Part shown: one piece after another, positions 7,890 to 7,912 of the stretch
Layout of the letters: every line of letters begins with the position of its first letter
How positions within the stretch are numbered: the first letter of the stretch is position 1
Assembly (NCBI RefSeq): GCF_003334355.1
Contig: NZ_QOWP01000062.1
Direction: 5' to 3' (one strand)
Length of the DNA stretch: 7,912 bases
From: Escherichia coli
GTDB taxonomy: Bacteria; Pseudomonadota; Gammaproteobacteria; Enterobacterales; Enterobacteriaceae
Position numbers and translations under genes: made by a program
The notes under the pieces: generated by a model
What the model was told of the DNA's origin: nothing
Database searches by the model: none
What the model saw: the letters and a program-made list of their open reading frames with translations, nothing else

Positions 7890-7912
7890 AGCCAAAATAC
7901 CCTTTTGAAAAG
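7883..7912 (+). CDS. mokB: 5' end of putative mokB-like reading frame (hok/sok family modulator ORF), truncated by the window edge
   Basis: ATG at 7883 opens MSKPKYPFEK..., which runs off the window. It starts like R1 Mok (MSSPHQ..., from memory) and sits where the antisense promoter overlaps. No Shine-Dalgarno is visible. The Hok toxin ORF would lie beyond 7912. Confidence 0.3.
   Translation, partial: MSKPKYPFEK

Noticed and set aside
1-7912. Search for CRISPR arrays, IS/transposase remnants, REP elements, integrase or phage genes, tRNA or rRNA
   Set aside because: No direct-repeat/spacer periodicity, no terminal inverted repeats flanking an ORF, no REP-like GC-rich palindromic clusters, and no ORFs with recombinase-like features. 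Every gene matches a conserved core-genome neighbourhood.

Overview
This window reads as a conserved core Escherichia coli chromosomal segment (K-12-like 32-min region, reverse-complemented relative to the usual map), not an accessory island. I see no novel system here, and no CRISPR, IS element, tRNA or rRNA. Gene order left to right: ydcK (3' part, +), rimL (-), ydcH (-), opgD/mdoD (-), ydcJ (-), ydcI (+, LysR-type regulator), trg (-), then the 5' edge of a hok/sok-type type I toxin-antitoxin locus (hokB/mokB/sokB region, toxin ORF beyond the window). Gene identities come from my recollection of E. coli protein sequences and gene order; no database search was possible. The most notable observation is that trg, the ribose/galactose chemoreceptor gene, carries a single in-frame TAA stop at codon 306 of an otherwise full-length 546-codon frame, which splits it into the two ORFs shown in the track. 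Other points are a near-consensus antisense promoter overlapping the putative mokB start, a divergent LysR-regulator/DUF1338 gene pair, and several stem-loops between genes.
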